Below, one piece after another: positions 1 to 11,502 of a stretch of 64,000 bases of DNA. Positions within the stretch are counted from its first letter, which is position 1. Each line of letters starts with the position of its first letter. Under the pieces are notes generated by a model that did not search any database, was not told the origin of the DNA, and was given only the letters and a program-made list of their open reading frames with translations. The DNA is taken from the NCBI GenBank assembly GCA_010015805.1, contig ML978121.1:2170001-2234000 (forward strand). The letters are read 5' to 3'. Both the position numbers and the translations under genes were made by a program. This DNA comes from Rhizodiscina lignyota (Eukaryota).

Positions 1-315
1 TACATGGGCTGGTGGGGTAGTCTCGGCTCACCAGCACAGAAAGGTGTGACCACCTATGCGCTCTCCCCGAACCGACTGAGCCCGCTTGCCGGTACCACGA
101 ACGCAGCGATATTCAATGTATGGAGGAGATTTAAGAACCAGGTTCTGTTCTTTGCTCCCCCACTGCTTGCTGGGTATTACCTTATGTCTTGGGCCACTGA
201 GAGGTAAGGACGAAAGTTACATTGAAGTGTATGTTTCGGGTTTCTCACTCAGTATAACAGGAACGAGTACCTCAACTCCAAGCACGGACGAGCTGAATTC
301 GGAGATGAAGTCTAG
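1..315 (+). CDS. QCR8: Cytochrome bc1 complex subunit 8 (5'-partial)
   Basis: YMGWWGSLGSPAQKGVTTYALSPNR...RNEYLNSKHGR matches the Qcr8 pattern. GT-AG intron 204-260; stop TAG 313-315. Confidence 0.93.
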
Positions 316-517
316 CCGCCGGACATGTACAGTTGCGGAAGGATGGAGCTGGAGTATTTCTTTTCAGTGCTCTGGTATTGCGCCTAGCGTGCCTTCTTCG
401 GGCCAATGTACAAAAGATTATTAGAAGGCTATTCTGACATCAATCTCATCTGTCATCTAAACCCAAACGCTCGTAATTCCGTAACACCGCGATCCATGCG
501 CACCGTGGTAGAAAGCA

Positions 518-1188
518 TCAATATCTCCATTCGAACTTGTCAGTATCTGTGTAATATCTGATCAAGCTCTCTGCACCGACTAGATCTCCCTGCCTAAACA
601 TCTGTGCAATGTCCACGTTCAAGGGCGAGTCTGGCTCGGCAGAAGTGAGGAGTTGGTGTATCGAGGTTAAGGTATCGGTTATCTTATAGGCTGGAGACCA
701 GTTTGTCTTGAGAAGATCGAGGCATATTTCACCCGTCTGATAACAGTTAGAGAAAGAGTCGTATATAATCTGATGCCTGTGGTTCACAGTCGTCCTTGAC
801 CAAGGAGCGGACGAGTCAAGGGATAATGTGATCGTACCTTAAAATGTACATTAGGATGACATATTGGTGTCACAAACTTTACTTCCGGCGGCGCATTGGG
901 ATATGTTGGTGATATTCTAATGTCTAGCTTCCAGCAGCCTCCTGGAGCGTGCAACAATCAGTTCGGTTCCATGCGATTGCGCACCCACTTGGGCCGTTTG
1001 CGGCTGCATCTAAGCTGACCTTCGTATGCTGTGCCTTGCACCCCCTTCATAACTGCCGACCAATGCATAAGCTCGTCGTCACTAACAGGCCCTAAAGAGA
1101 GTAGGGCATCGTTCGGTTCTTGTTGGTACTGTTGGAGCTCCTTCAACAGTCGTTGTGTTGGTGTCTGCGAGCGGCTGGAACCCGCCAT
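518..1188 (-). CDS. PEX4: E2 ubiquitin-conjugating enzyme, Pex4-like
   Basis: RLLKEL N-terminus, YPNAPP..F..PICHPNV, GEICLDLLK (catalytic Cys), WSPAY, PDSPLNVD. Three exons. The E2 call is firm; the Pex4 subfamily call is from overall pattern. Confidence 0.8.
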
Positions 1189-1500
1189 GAATGAGTTGTT
1201 TAGAGGCGGCTACTGATAGTGCCTCTTTATGCGAAACAATCTTCAAAAAACTGTCACATGAAGGTCGCTAAGGCGAGATATAGACCTTCTCAATCAGACG
1301 ATGCGCCAAATTGATGCCTCGGTCGAGATGTCGAGAAAGCCGAAGATTTGCCGAAGCCGGGATTCGATGTCTTCGGAGTTTTCCGCGTCAAAACACTTAG
1401 CACTGTAGCGCGCGGCAGTGACCTCATCCGCGACATTTGTAGACGCGCGAACCTTCAATATTTATCGCATGTCACAGGCAATCTTTCCATAACCGCAACG

Positions 1501-2371
1501 ATGGCAGTGCCTGAAGCGACTCTGTCGCATTTAAATCGCGCCGACGGATCTGCAACATACTCGTCGAATGGCTACACAGTCGTTGGCGCCGTCAATGGCC
1601 CGATAGAGGTGCAGCGGCGCGACGAGCTTCCAGAAGAGGCAGCAATTGAAGTCAATATTCGCCCTGCCGTTGGCGTTGGAAGTATGCAGCAAGGCAATAT
1701 CCGTTCTCAGGCTTTCGAATTATGCTGAGAACCAATGTAGGTACAAAGGAACGATACTTGGAATCGATACTTCAATCAACTCTTCGCCGCATTATTCTCA
1801 CGCACACTTTCCCGAGGACTCTTATCCAGCTCACACTGCAGGTCGTGAACACTCCTGCGCCGTTCGATTGCCCTTTCACCTCTTCAGTAAGAATCTCTGC
1901 TCTATGCCCTGCTGGCCTCACTGATCGGGATCATAGCCACTGCCCCTCCTCCCTGCCCTCCTCGAAACCGCGATGCTTGCCTTACTCTCCGCCTCATTAC
2001 CCCTTGCGAGTACCTATACATCGGTGGGACTGGCTCTGGCAATGCCATCGCCCGTGAAAAAGAAAGCTAGTCTGTCAGCAACAGCCATCATGCCAATTGA
2101 TGACAAGGCGCTGGAGCAGGCATCCTCAATCCACGTCTTTGCCTTTACGGCAGATGGAGACCTGCTAGTTGCGGAAAGTGAAGGCTTGTTCGCGCCTGAG
2201 TATTGGGAGCACGCATACGATCGTGCGCTGGAGCTTTGCATCGGTAGTAAAGATGGACGAGCTGAGGGCGAAATGGTCGTTGAGGGAGAGCCAGAGGACC
2301 GGAATGAGAGCCAGTGGCTCAGGAGCGTAATGCAAGAGAAAGCTGAACAAGAGCAGCGCTGGAAAACATGA
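1501..2371 (+). CDS. RRP46: Exosome RNase PH-like subunit Rrp46
   Basis: LSHLNRADGSA...VNGPIEV..RDE, FPRTLIQLTLQV, LLVAESEG. Two introns, at 1683-1740 and near 1887-1936. Confidence 0.9.
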
Positions 2372-2584
2372 GGGTAGTGTAGGGTCCGCGCGAATGCTCT
2401 CACTAGAGCCCTTAGATCTGGAAACTGTACAATAGCCATCGTAGACACGGTCTAATAGAGCCAAATAATGTACACACAGGCTGTTACTTTTGCATCACAA
2501 GCCTCAGCGCTCGTCCTCGTGCATACCCTCCCGTCTTCATATGTACCCCGTCTGCACTTCCACCAATCCACCAACGTGTTCGCT

Positions 2585-3061
2585 TCACGGCCTGAGTACT
2601 CGTAGTCCGTCTTTGGTCGGTGCAGCTGCGTTCTTGAAAGACTGTTGGAAGATATCGTTAGCTTCATTTTTAATGCGTAGATTGTGTATAGTCTAGCGAT
2701 CTGTACATACGTTGTCGCATTCCTCATAAGCTCTTCCAGCACCAAAACCTAGCCCAACCCATGCCGGCCATGCCCGTCGCTTGAAGAGTAGGACTGAAAA
2801 GACGACGCCAAAGGAGAGACCAAGGCCGGATCGTATTAACATAGATGAGAGGCAGCGATCCCACTACAGGAGCATTCAGTTAGCGAATTGTTGCATAACC
2901 AAGTCGCATGTCGTGACAACAAGTTGACAGGTGAGCGGGTACTCGTCTTAGAGGAAAGGCGTATATCGCACCTTGTCATTGAGCAGAGCTTCGCTCATCG
3001 GCCTATTCGTTCTTGATGGGGACAGGGAAGTCGGAGGTGTCGAATCGGGAGTGTCAGCCAT
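2585..3061 (-). CDS. MIC10: MICOS complex subunit Mic10 (missed by the ORF track because of introns)
   Basis: Spliced product MADTPD...SEALLNDK|WDRCLSSMLIRSGLGLSFGVVFSVLLFKRRAWPAWVGLGFGAGRAYEECDN|SFKNAAAPTKDGLRVLRP*. It has the Mic10 glycine-rich TM helices around an FKRR loop. Confidence 0.93.
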
Positions 3062-3339
3062 TGCGGATCAACAGGAGGCGCGCAAGCCTCAATTGATCGC
3101 TAGAGGTAGATAGAAGCCCTCTTAAATGAGCGAGAATACGGAACAGGGCTCGAGAGACGAGTCTGCGGAGTTGTGAAGAGGTTGGAAGCACGTCGAGGTG
3201 TGCCCGAAAGCTTCCTTCGCTCCCGTTCTCGCATCAAAAACTGAGATGGTCCAAGCTCCATCAAACTTTCTTGCGGACATCGACGTCCAAAATTTGAAAC
3301 CTAAAACAATCAACATCCTGGCATGATACTGCTCAGAAA

Positions 3340-6300
3340 ATGGCGCCAAAAGATGAGGTACAGTTCTTACATTTATTTCTGAAATTCACACTGTCAAACT
3401 GATCTTGTATTAGAATGGCGCTCAAACATCGCTCCAAAGATTGTTGCAGTTAAACCAAGCGGACAAGAACTTAGAAGACTGCTTGCATGAAGCAGCTCAA
3501 ACTTTATGCCTCCATAAAAACTGGGACGACTTCTCATCGCCATTATCGGATGTGACACCAGATCGTCAATCATCTCACAAGCGGCCAGAATGGGTATTAC
3601 GCTGGCTGCTCGAAAAGTTCAACACCTCCCCTCCAGCATGTGCTTCAGTAAGAGCTTGGATTCTCTTCTGGCGCCTCCTTCCGCTCATACCAACATCGAG
3701 CATTGCGAGGAATTTGAGTGCGCTGGATTTCCTCGGCTCGGTGGAGAAGGTTCTCCTCGAGACCACCACATCAGCCGAACAGGAGACGGCATTATCTGCT
3801 AATCCAAAGTCTGCTTCGTCCGAAGAAGACACTCCTTCTCATTCAAGGAAGCGCAAACGAGGATCAGACGATCCAAGCGCAAGACCAGAGGTTCACAAAA
3901 TCGCTACTGAGAACGGCCCACGCCGAATAATACCTCGCCTCGTAGTTCTCGATAGGACCTTGAAGCATTTAATTAAACTAGCTTCGTCGGATTCAAGTGA
4001 GGATGATTCAACAGAGCGACAGCATTTGATTGCAGTATTTCATACGACTTTCGATCGAGCTGTCCGGATCTTGCACCATTGGCAACTCTCTCTGCTTGAA
4101 CTTGGGGACACACTGGCCGAGGAATATGGCATCACCCTATTTCCTGCCATGTACATACTGGACTCTGCACAAGCTTCATCGTCAAGCGAACCCACTGCGC
4201 CGTCCATGCAGTTTGCCGAGGAGTGCCTAATGTCTTCGATGCGCTTTCTCGATGATCACCCAACTCCTGCAGGAGGTGAGGATGGTGCCAAGTCAACACG
4301 ATCAATTACCTCAAAACAGATCGAGCAACTGCTCGCTAAGCACATCCTGCTTCCTGCGCGTGCACAATACTTTGCGGAGAAGCACGAGACTAATGTCAAG
4401 CAAGGACAAAGTTTGACGGATGGACCATTTGCAGCGTTACAACATCCCCATTCTCAGATCATAACTGATGCATCAAGCCATGGAAGATATTCACCTGAAC
4501 TGCGAGCGACGCTCAATACAATTCCACGCCTATGGCGTCTCGGCCTCCAAATTACACCTCGTTCAACGCCGAAAAGGCAGTCGACAGAAGAACCATGGCT
4601 CCGAGCATTATTTGTCGCCCTTGCAGAATGCGCCGGAGCAGCTGTCACTGGCGAATGGAGCATTGCTGTTCACCCTCATTATGCTGCTATTCTCGGGGAG
4701 ATGTTGGATATTTGCCACGAGTACTCCGTATCTCTAGGGCTGGCTCTGCTTGAATCCATCGTTAGAAGATACAGTGGCATGTGTCTTTCTGAGGAAGAAA
4801 GTATATCTTGGTCTCTCGTTGCAAAGGTCATTCGATTGAATGCGAATGTGTTTCTGCCAGGCACCCCTGCCGCCGAGATGGGATTTGTCGACGACTCTGG
4901 GCCATTGCATGAACTTGTAGTACGACACATCTCTTCAATGCCTTGGAAGGATGACTACGACCTGTTCAATGCTGCGCGGAAGATTTTAGATGCCAGCAAA
5001 CTTCAGAGTTCTGAGACCGCTTTTACCGAACTCAATAGCATGTCTCCAGACGAGTTTCGATCTTCTATACCAATCGCTCTAATGCATGCATATGCGCAGT
5101 CGCGGAATTTGTCTGGATTCCTGGATGTTTGGCACACCGAACTCATCAAGAGCACGCGTCATATTGTTCTCGGGAATGGGCACAGTACCGTTTGGGAGGA
5201 TCAACGGCTTGCCAAAGCTCTCAGGCCGCTATTGGAGAGCTCATTGACGGATTCCCAAGTTCGAAACGAGGCGACGAAGTTTGCGCACCCTTTTGCAGAG
5301 CTTGAGGAGGCCCAGAACATTCTTTACGTCTTCACAGAGCTGCGAAAAGACGCAACTGGAACTGGAGCGGCAGCCAACATCGTGATGCTGGACGCGATAA
5401 CAGCTGCAATCAAGTCTGACTCTATAGTGGAACTTTGTCGCGACACGTTTCTACCTCTATACAAGACTCTCTTCCGTATTGGGTCCAAACCTGCGATCAA
5501 CAAACATATCATCATGTCCCGGATTTGGCGTATCATAAGCAGAATTGAACGACTGACTGACCCGTTGATAGCACAGGACGTGCGGCAATCTCTGAGTAGC
5601 GAAGCTGTGGAGATTGGGTGCTTCGAAGCAGCGATTGATGCGATTCGCTCCGCTTGTAAATCTCTTACCTCTTCATCATATGCTAGAGGACGCGAAGGCT
5701 TCGCGTTCGCTTTGAGAAGCTGTGCTCCGCTCCTGACATCGGACGTGAGGGGCGGCCTTCCCGATATTGTCAAAGAGAACATCCACCGCCTTGCACAGGA
5801 ATTGGAAACGATTTTCACGGATGAGAAGCCTACCGATAGTAGCACTACCGCAGCACCATTTATTCGATACAAACTGGACGTCGCCTGCATTTTGCTCGAA
5901 GATGGCTCTATATTGAACTTGATCTCCTCAGATCATCGTCAATCTCTCTTCCGAGGCATATTGCGCTTGTTAATGTCTAAAGAAGGCACTGGTGAGCATG
6001 CGCTTCTCGCTCAACCAAGTTCGCCCGACGACATAGTGGATGCTCTCTTCAATGTCGTAATGACATCTGGAACTTCACATACTAGGGAAGACTATTTCAG
6101 TGCGTTCCTGCGAGTCATTACAGAGGAAACCGACGACACGGGCACCTCGGCTTCTAACAATGTCGCGTACAATCATCTGTGCACGATTCCTCCTCGTGTA
6201 TTTCCACGCACGTTCGTGGAAGATCTTATCGATCATCTTCTCGAGTCTCTTCCCAAGTTTAAGCAACACGCACACCCTGACGACTCGGTGTTCGAAAGAG

Positions 6301-8055
6301 ATCTCGCACTCTTAGTCAAGGTGTTGGAGCTCCCATACGCCTTAACCAAATCGAAAATCACATTCGAACTTCTCAGCGGCCTCTCGGAAATGCTCAATGA
6401 GGCTCTTCAGCCCTCCTTACGCTTGCTTTTTGAGCAGGTGGTCCAGAGCATATTGGCCAATAGTCCAGCTGATAGCGAGCTCCGTAGACAGATCATTCGC
6501 AGCGCTCTAGACCTGGAAGATCTCGAGACCTTAAATGAGGCCCATATTCTCCTCGGAAGGCTGTCGATGGTGCTAGCTACAATACCTTTCCTACCGATCG
6601 AAGAAATCGGTGACTCTTCGTATCGGGGTCTGCTTGAAAAATGTTTGAATGCCAGATTTCAAGCAGAAGGGTTAAAGCCTGTGGAGATGGTCGATCAGCA
6701 GATCACGGTGTTGCTAGACATAATGGTGGCGATTTTGAAACTAACGCAGCGCCCATACGGTAACTTCTACTTGCTCCCGTCTTTGTAGTGTATACTAACT
6801 CTGGTAGATTTCGCTACGGCAGGCGGTGTAGACCTCGTGGAAAACTTGACAGATCGATATCCGCAGCTTAACTCAGATGGACGCCGGGCAGTTCTCACTT
6901 TTTTCTATTATGCTCATCCAGATGGCTTAGCTGTTGGTGTGCGCGAGACCGCTGCGCTATCAACTGATGGTATGTGGACAAGTACACATTTGCAACTGGG
7001 CACTGAATATTGCTAGGCATCTCCCCTCGCGATCAACAGAGGATTCTCGCGGACCTTTCGATTCGGCTGTCTTTCAAAAAGAGCGACTCCGACTTACTCC
7101 CTATCTCTCAAAAATGTCTCGACCAAGACGCCGTAGCGTCTCTGCCAGTATTCTCCGAATTACTTAAGCAGATACCACGGCCCATCACGAGCGATGCGAT
7201 GGTGGACGGGGATATATTCGTTCGACTTGGGGTTGCAATGGTTAGGAACGATACGCGCTATTTCGACACAACCAGCCAAAGCATTAAGACGATTCTCTCT
7301 GAGAAGGCAAGCCCACCTCAAGCTTTTCTCGTGGGCATGTATATCTGACAATTCTTTAGTATTGGTTGGTTTCGCAATACGGTGTCGACACGTTAATAGC
7401 CAGTCTGACCACGCTGACCTCTCCACACTCTCCGCCCCTGAATGCTGAGCATGGTGGTGGCATATACCTACAGATCTGTTCCATATGCAACTCGCTGGTC
7501 TCTTTCCACCGGGTAAAGCTCCGAGGCCGCTTCCACCTTCTCATGGAGTGCTTGAGCAATTTACTCAACTGTCTTTTCATTCAACATACCCATCAGTCAA
7601 CATCTTCTAGCCTTCCATCGCCTGGTTGGCTTACGCGTCATGAGAAGCAGCTCTCCGCCAAACATGCCGCAGCCTATACGCGTGTATTGACTTCCCTATG
7701 CTCGCCAACCGTATCATCCGTTGCTGGCACTACTGCATCCAAACGCCGCCGACTCGATGGAGACGCATCAAGCCTTCCACTCAAGGACGAGGTCAAGCGC
7801 GAACGGGCACGCGTTGGTCAATTCATGCCGCAGCTCCTCGAGTCATACTGTGTAGCGCAACTCCAAGGGCGACTAGCACCAGAGGTGAAGAGCTCGTTGA
7901 TGCCGGGGTTATGGGCTACGATGGAGACAGTGGAGCTTGAGGCATGGCGCGCGATGAGCTCGGGGTTGGATGCGCCAGCGAGGGCGATTTGGAACCAGGT
8001 ATGGAGTGAGTGGAGGAGAATCGGGACCGGCGGAGAGAGAGTAAGGAGGAGATGA
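3340..8055 (+). CDS. URB2: Nucleolar pre-ribosomal protein Urb2/Npa2
   Basis: Large helical protein with an N-terminal EWVLRWLL and a C-terminal Urb2-type block (GRFHLL...AAAYTRVLTSLCSPT...LMPGLW...ARAIW). Introns near 3358-3413, 6760-6808 and 6970-7016, plus a GC-AG intron at 7307-7359. Confidence 0.85.
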
Positions 8056-8154
8056 TGAGAAACTCTGTAGTGGAGATAAGCGGTGATGTATTCAAGCTTG
8101 ATGGTGCTATTGAGTTAAGCAACGCGAAGTACGCTGTTCGGTGGCGGATCACAG

Positions 8155-9195
8155 CTAATTTGCACCTTCACTGACGCTTTCCAAATTCCCCGTGGACTGC
8201 TTCGTTGACTTGTCGTCCTTAGCTTGCTCCATATTCGCTTGGCTCATGGCTCGTGCTCGTTCCATCGTCACAATATCTTGGTACTCGCCCACATACGGCG
8301 CGAGTTTCCTCCAATCCTCAGCAGACAGCTTGTCAAACTCCATCTTCAGCGGCGCCTTCCCAAGCGGTGTCTTTGGGCTGAACAACAGCGGGCTCTTCCT
8401 ATCCCACGGCCATGCGCGCAGAGTAATGTTAAGCGCCGTCTTGCCCTCCGCTTCCACAAACGCCTGGAAGTCGCCGTCGTGTTCAACGACGATGGCAAGG
8501 TTGAGCTCGTCGGGAATGCCGTGCTTTTGGGTCTTAGTTTCATGCGCGGTCCAGATAACTTGGTTGAAGTCTAGCTGATCTTTTGAAGACCACGGTTTGC
8601 CGATAATCTCTAGGTGGTGGGCGCGTGAGAAGCTGGATTCCCCGCCTACCGAGCCGGTGGGAGTGACTGAGACAGGGCCGCTGGGGATCGCCGCTTCGAT
8701 GCCAATGTCATAATGCCATTGCTTGTCCTCTGTGCTCTTGATGCCATATACCTTTCTCGGACTAAAGTTACGCACCACCGGCGCTCGGCCTCCAGCCTTC
8801 TTCGATGACCGGTCAAATGTGATCACAATCTCGGTGCTCTTGAACCGCGAATTCTCGTTGAACCTGAAGAAGTATCGCATCGCAAGTAAACACGCCTGAC
8901 GCCCATTCCATGTACCATAGCTGACCGAGCGAATGGTGCCAATGATTCCGCAATCGGTAAAGCTAGATTCAATGTGAAGGATTTTGCCATCTTCGTGAAG
9001 CTCAATAGTCCCAGAGTATGGGGTCGCTTCCTTCAAGGTCGGAACAGCGGCCGAGCGACGTATGCCATCATCTACAATGAAATCGGTGCCGCGGTCTTGG
9101 TACGAGCGTAGGACATTCTCGTTTGTGATCGCTGGAGAATTAGAACGACTTCTTGGGCTCCTGTCTCGAGGGCTTTTCCTCATCGGTTCAGTCAT
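8155..9195 (-). CDS. Hypothetical intronless beta-strand-rich protein (~346 aa)
   Basis: Uninterrupted ORF, first ATG at 9195, globular composition, no signal peptide. Confidence 0.8.
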   Translation of the reverse strand: MTEPMRKSPRDRSPRSRSNSPAITNENVLRSYQDRGTDFIVDDGIRRSAAVPTLKEATPYSGTIELHEDGKILHIESSFTDCGIIGTIRSVSYGTWNGRQACLLAMRYFFRFNENSRFKSTEIVITFDRSSKKAGGRAPVVRNFSPRKVYGIKSTEDKQWHYDIGIEAAIPSGPVSVTPTGSVGGESSFSRAHHLEIIGKPWSSKDQLDFNQVIWTAHETKTQKHGIPDELNLAIVVEHDGDFQAFVEAEGKTALNITLRAWPWDRKSPLLFSPKTPLGKAPLKMEFDKLSAEDWRKLAPYVGEYQDIVTMERARAMSQANMEQAKDDKSTKQSTGNLESVSEGAN

Positions 9196-9869
9196 TTTCA
9201 AACATATTGGGTTTGAAGCCTCAAGATTCCTTCTCGCAAGGTTCCTAGATATGGCATCCACCTCTAGAGCTGAAGGAGCTGAGAGGAATTTTGCGAACAA
9301 ATAATTGTTGGCCACGCGACACCTACCTCGCTGCGGAAAAAGCTTCCTCCGTTGCAGAAGCGCGTGCGACGGCGCTGTTGATCACATTAGACACATCTGT
9401 GCGTGCCTATTCGACGACTGAAAGTAGGTAGCGACTACCGAAGCATTTTGGTTGCAGATGCCTTGCCTGAGAGTCAGAATCTCATGGCACCCTCAGGCCC
9501 AACAAAAGAGGGTTAGGGTTTGAGAGGCCTCGCTTACTCATCCATTCGGGACCGCAGACGCAAAAGGATGACATAAGCTGCCGAATGTGTCAATCCTACG
9601 ACAGATGTCGCCTTCATAAATTAGAATGTGGCATAAGGTAGTCACAATGAAGATGAAATCGCGGAGGAAATGCTTCTTAAGTCCGGCCTGCACGCTGTTT
9701 CGTGTGTAAGTCCGTGAACTCGTAGACCAAATTACGGAGAAAGGTAAGGCGTATATAAGACTCTCAATTGCTCTCAGCAATGATATTATTTCAGCTGGAG
9801 CGGTTCTATCTTGTTTCCGTTCTGTGTTTTGACTATTCATTGACCTTGAGCTTCTCGCTTTCCTCAGCT

Positions 9870-10664
9870 ATGATGAGTAGAGTCTTCCTCATCACTGGAG
9901 CGAACCGTGGCATTGGATTCGCAATTCTTCGGTCACTCTCACAGCAGGCGCCCGAACATACCTACATCTTGGGCGTGCGGTCTCTCCCATCAGGCGACGA
10001 AGCAAGGCAGAAAGTCAAAGAAGAGTGCCCACTTGCACATCTTGAGGGTGTGGAGCTCGACATCACTTCGGACGATTCAATTCGAAGGGCAGCTGATGTC
10101 ATCAAACATCGATATGGACGATTGGATTGTCAGTCGAATGTGCAGTAACATTAGAAATGCATAATGAATCAACTAATGTGTACTTTTAGGCCTTGTTAAC
10201 AATGCCGGAATAGGGTTAAATCCCAAGCCAGACCAATCAGACTTCCGTGCCATATACAACCAAGTCTTCGACACGAACGTCACGTCGATCGCTCTGACCA
10301 CCAATCTCTTCCTACCCTTGCTATCCCAATCGAATGGTCCACGTGTGATCAATGTATCGTCCGCTCGTGGCTCGGTAGCCATGCAGACGAATGCCAAACT
10401 GCCCCCAACGGCGTCGATTCCATATACCGTAAGCAAAACTGCGCTCAATATCACAACGCTCGAGATGGCAAAACTGAATCCAGAGGTGATGTTCCATGTG
10501 GTGTCTCCGGGGCATTGCAAGACTGCATTCAATGGGTATAGAGGTAAAAAGGATCCGCTCGACGGGGCAAAGGTAGGTTGGAGTTGGTGTTGGGTGCGAG
10601 AGATGAATATGCTGCCGGGTTTTGGGAATTTGAGGAGGGAATGATGCGTCAGGTCCCATGGTAG
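9870..10664 (+). CDS. Short-chain dehydrogenase/reductase with an apparent frameshift near the C-terminus
   Basis: TGANRGIG, LVNNAG, NVSS and YTVSK (YxxxK). Intron 10129-10189. The family-like ...VPW* tail is out of frame after 10577. Confidence 0.85.
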
Positions 10665-10860
10665 ACCATCTGAAGCGTCAACGGTTTTGGAGAACTGACG
10701 GTGTTGGCAACATTGAACATGGCCATAATAGAATCGAGGAGACGTGCGCATGACTGTTGGTGCCGCCTTCTGTACATAGTCCTTTGGGCGAAGACGGCCG
10801 TATCGAGAATGTTTGGAGTTGTCCAAAGTTTGTTCCAATGCTCTTGCCTCAAGGTGGTGC

Positions 10861-11502
10861 TCAGAGTATCTTCATGACGAACCAGTTCCACTGAGCGGCG
10901 TCAAACTCCCTCGCGAACTGCCTGATCGTAATGCCCTCCTCGTTCTCGATGATGTTAGAGTGATCCGGGTTCGGCTTCCTTCCCTTGGCATCGTGGAACA
11001 ACTTGCCCCAGTTCCAGTTCTCGCAGCACTCCAACGAAGGATCGAACTCGTGGTGGAACAGGTAGGCGGGCTCAAGCCTCATCCTGCGGCAGGCCGGCTT
11101 GGTGAGCTGCAACTTCTTCCAGCTCGAATGGCGGCTATCAAGACGGCTTCTCCTGCCTTCAGTCATCACCAAAATCCAACCGTTGCTGAGTCTGCGAGAG
11201 GCGAAGCTGCGGAATAGCATCCGCAGGGAAGGGTTGAGTTCCACGACTTGCCCCAACAGCTTCCAATCGATGTCGGGCTGGTGAACCAACTGCCAGTCTT
11301 CGTTCTCGGCTGCTTCGGGAAGAGCAAGGAAGCTCCTGGCCTCGCGTCCCAAGATGTGCTTGAGGCCATGGGAGCTGTTGATGATTTTCTTGAACCAGAC
11401 GCAAGTGGCCTCCATGCTCATGACATCGCGAGCTTCCATCTGGAGCATGATAGGCTCGACGAGCTCGTAGACAGAGAAGACACGTTGCGGTGCACCCTTC
11501 AT
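10861..11502 (-). CDS. F-box-like domain protein (213 aa, intronless)
   Basis: N-terminal RVFSVYELVEPIMLQM...TCVWFKKIINSS..LKHIL resembles the fungal F-box pattern (VF...ELLE.IL..L...V.R.W...I..S..L). Confidence 0.6.
   Translation of the reverse strand: MKGAPQRVFSVYELVEPIMLQMEARDVMSMEATCVWFKKIINSSHGLKHILGREARSFLALPEAAENEDWQLVHQPDIDWKLLGQVVELNPSLRMLFRSFASRRLSNGWILVMTEGRRSRLDSRHSSWKKLQLTKPACRRMRLEPAYLFHHEFDPSLECCENWNWGKLFHDAKGRKPNPDHSNIIENEEGITIRQFAREFDAAQWNWFVMKIL

Noticed and set aside
9509..9520. GGGTTAGGGTT telomere-like motif
   Set aside because: Under two full units; expected by chance or as a promoter motif.
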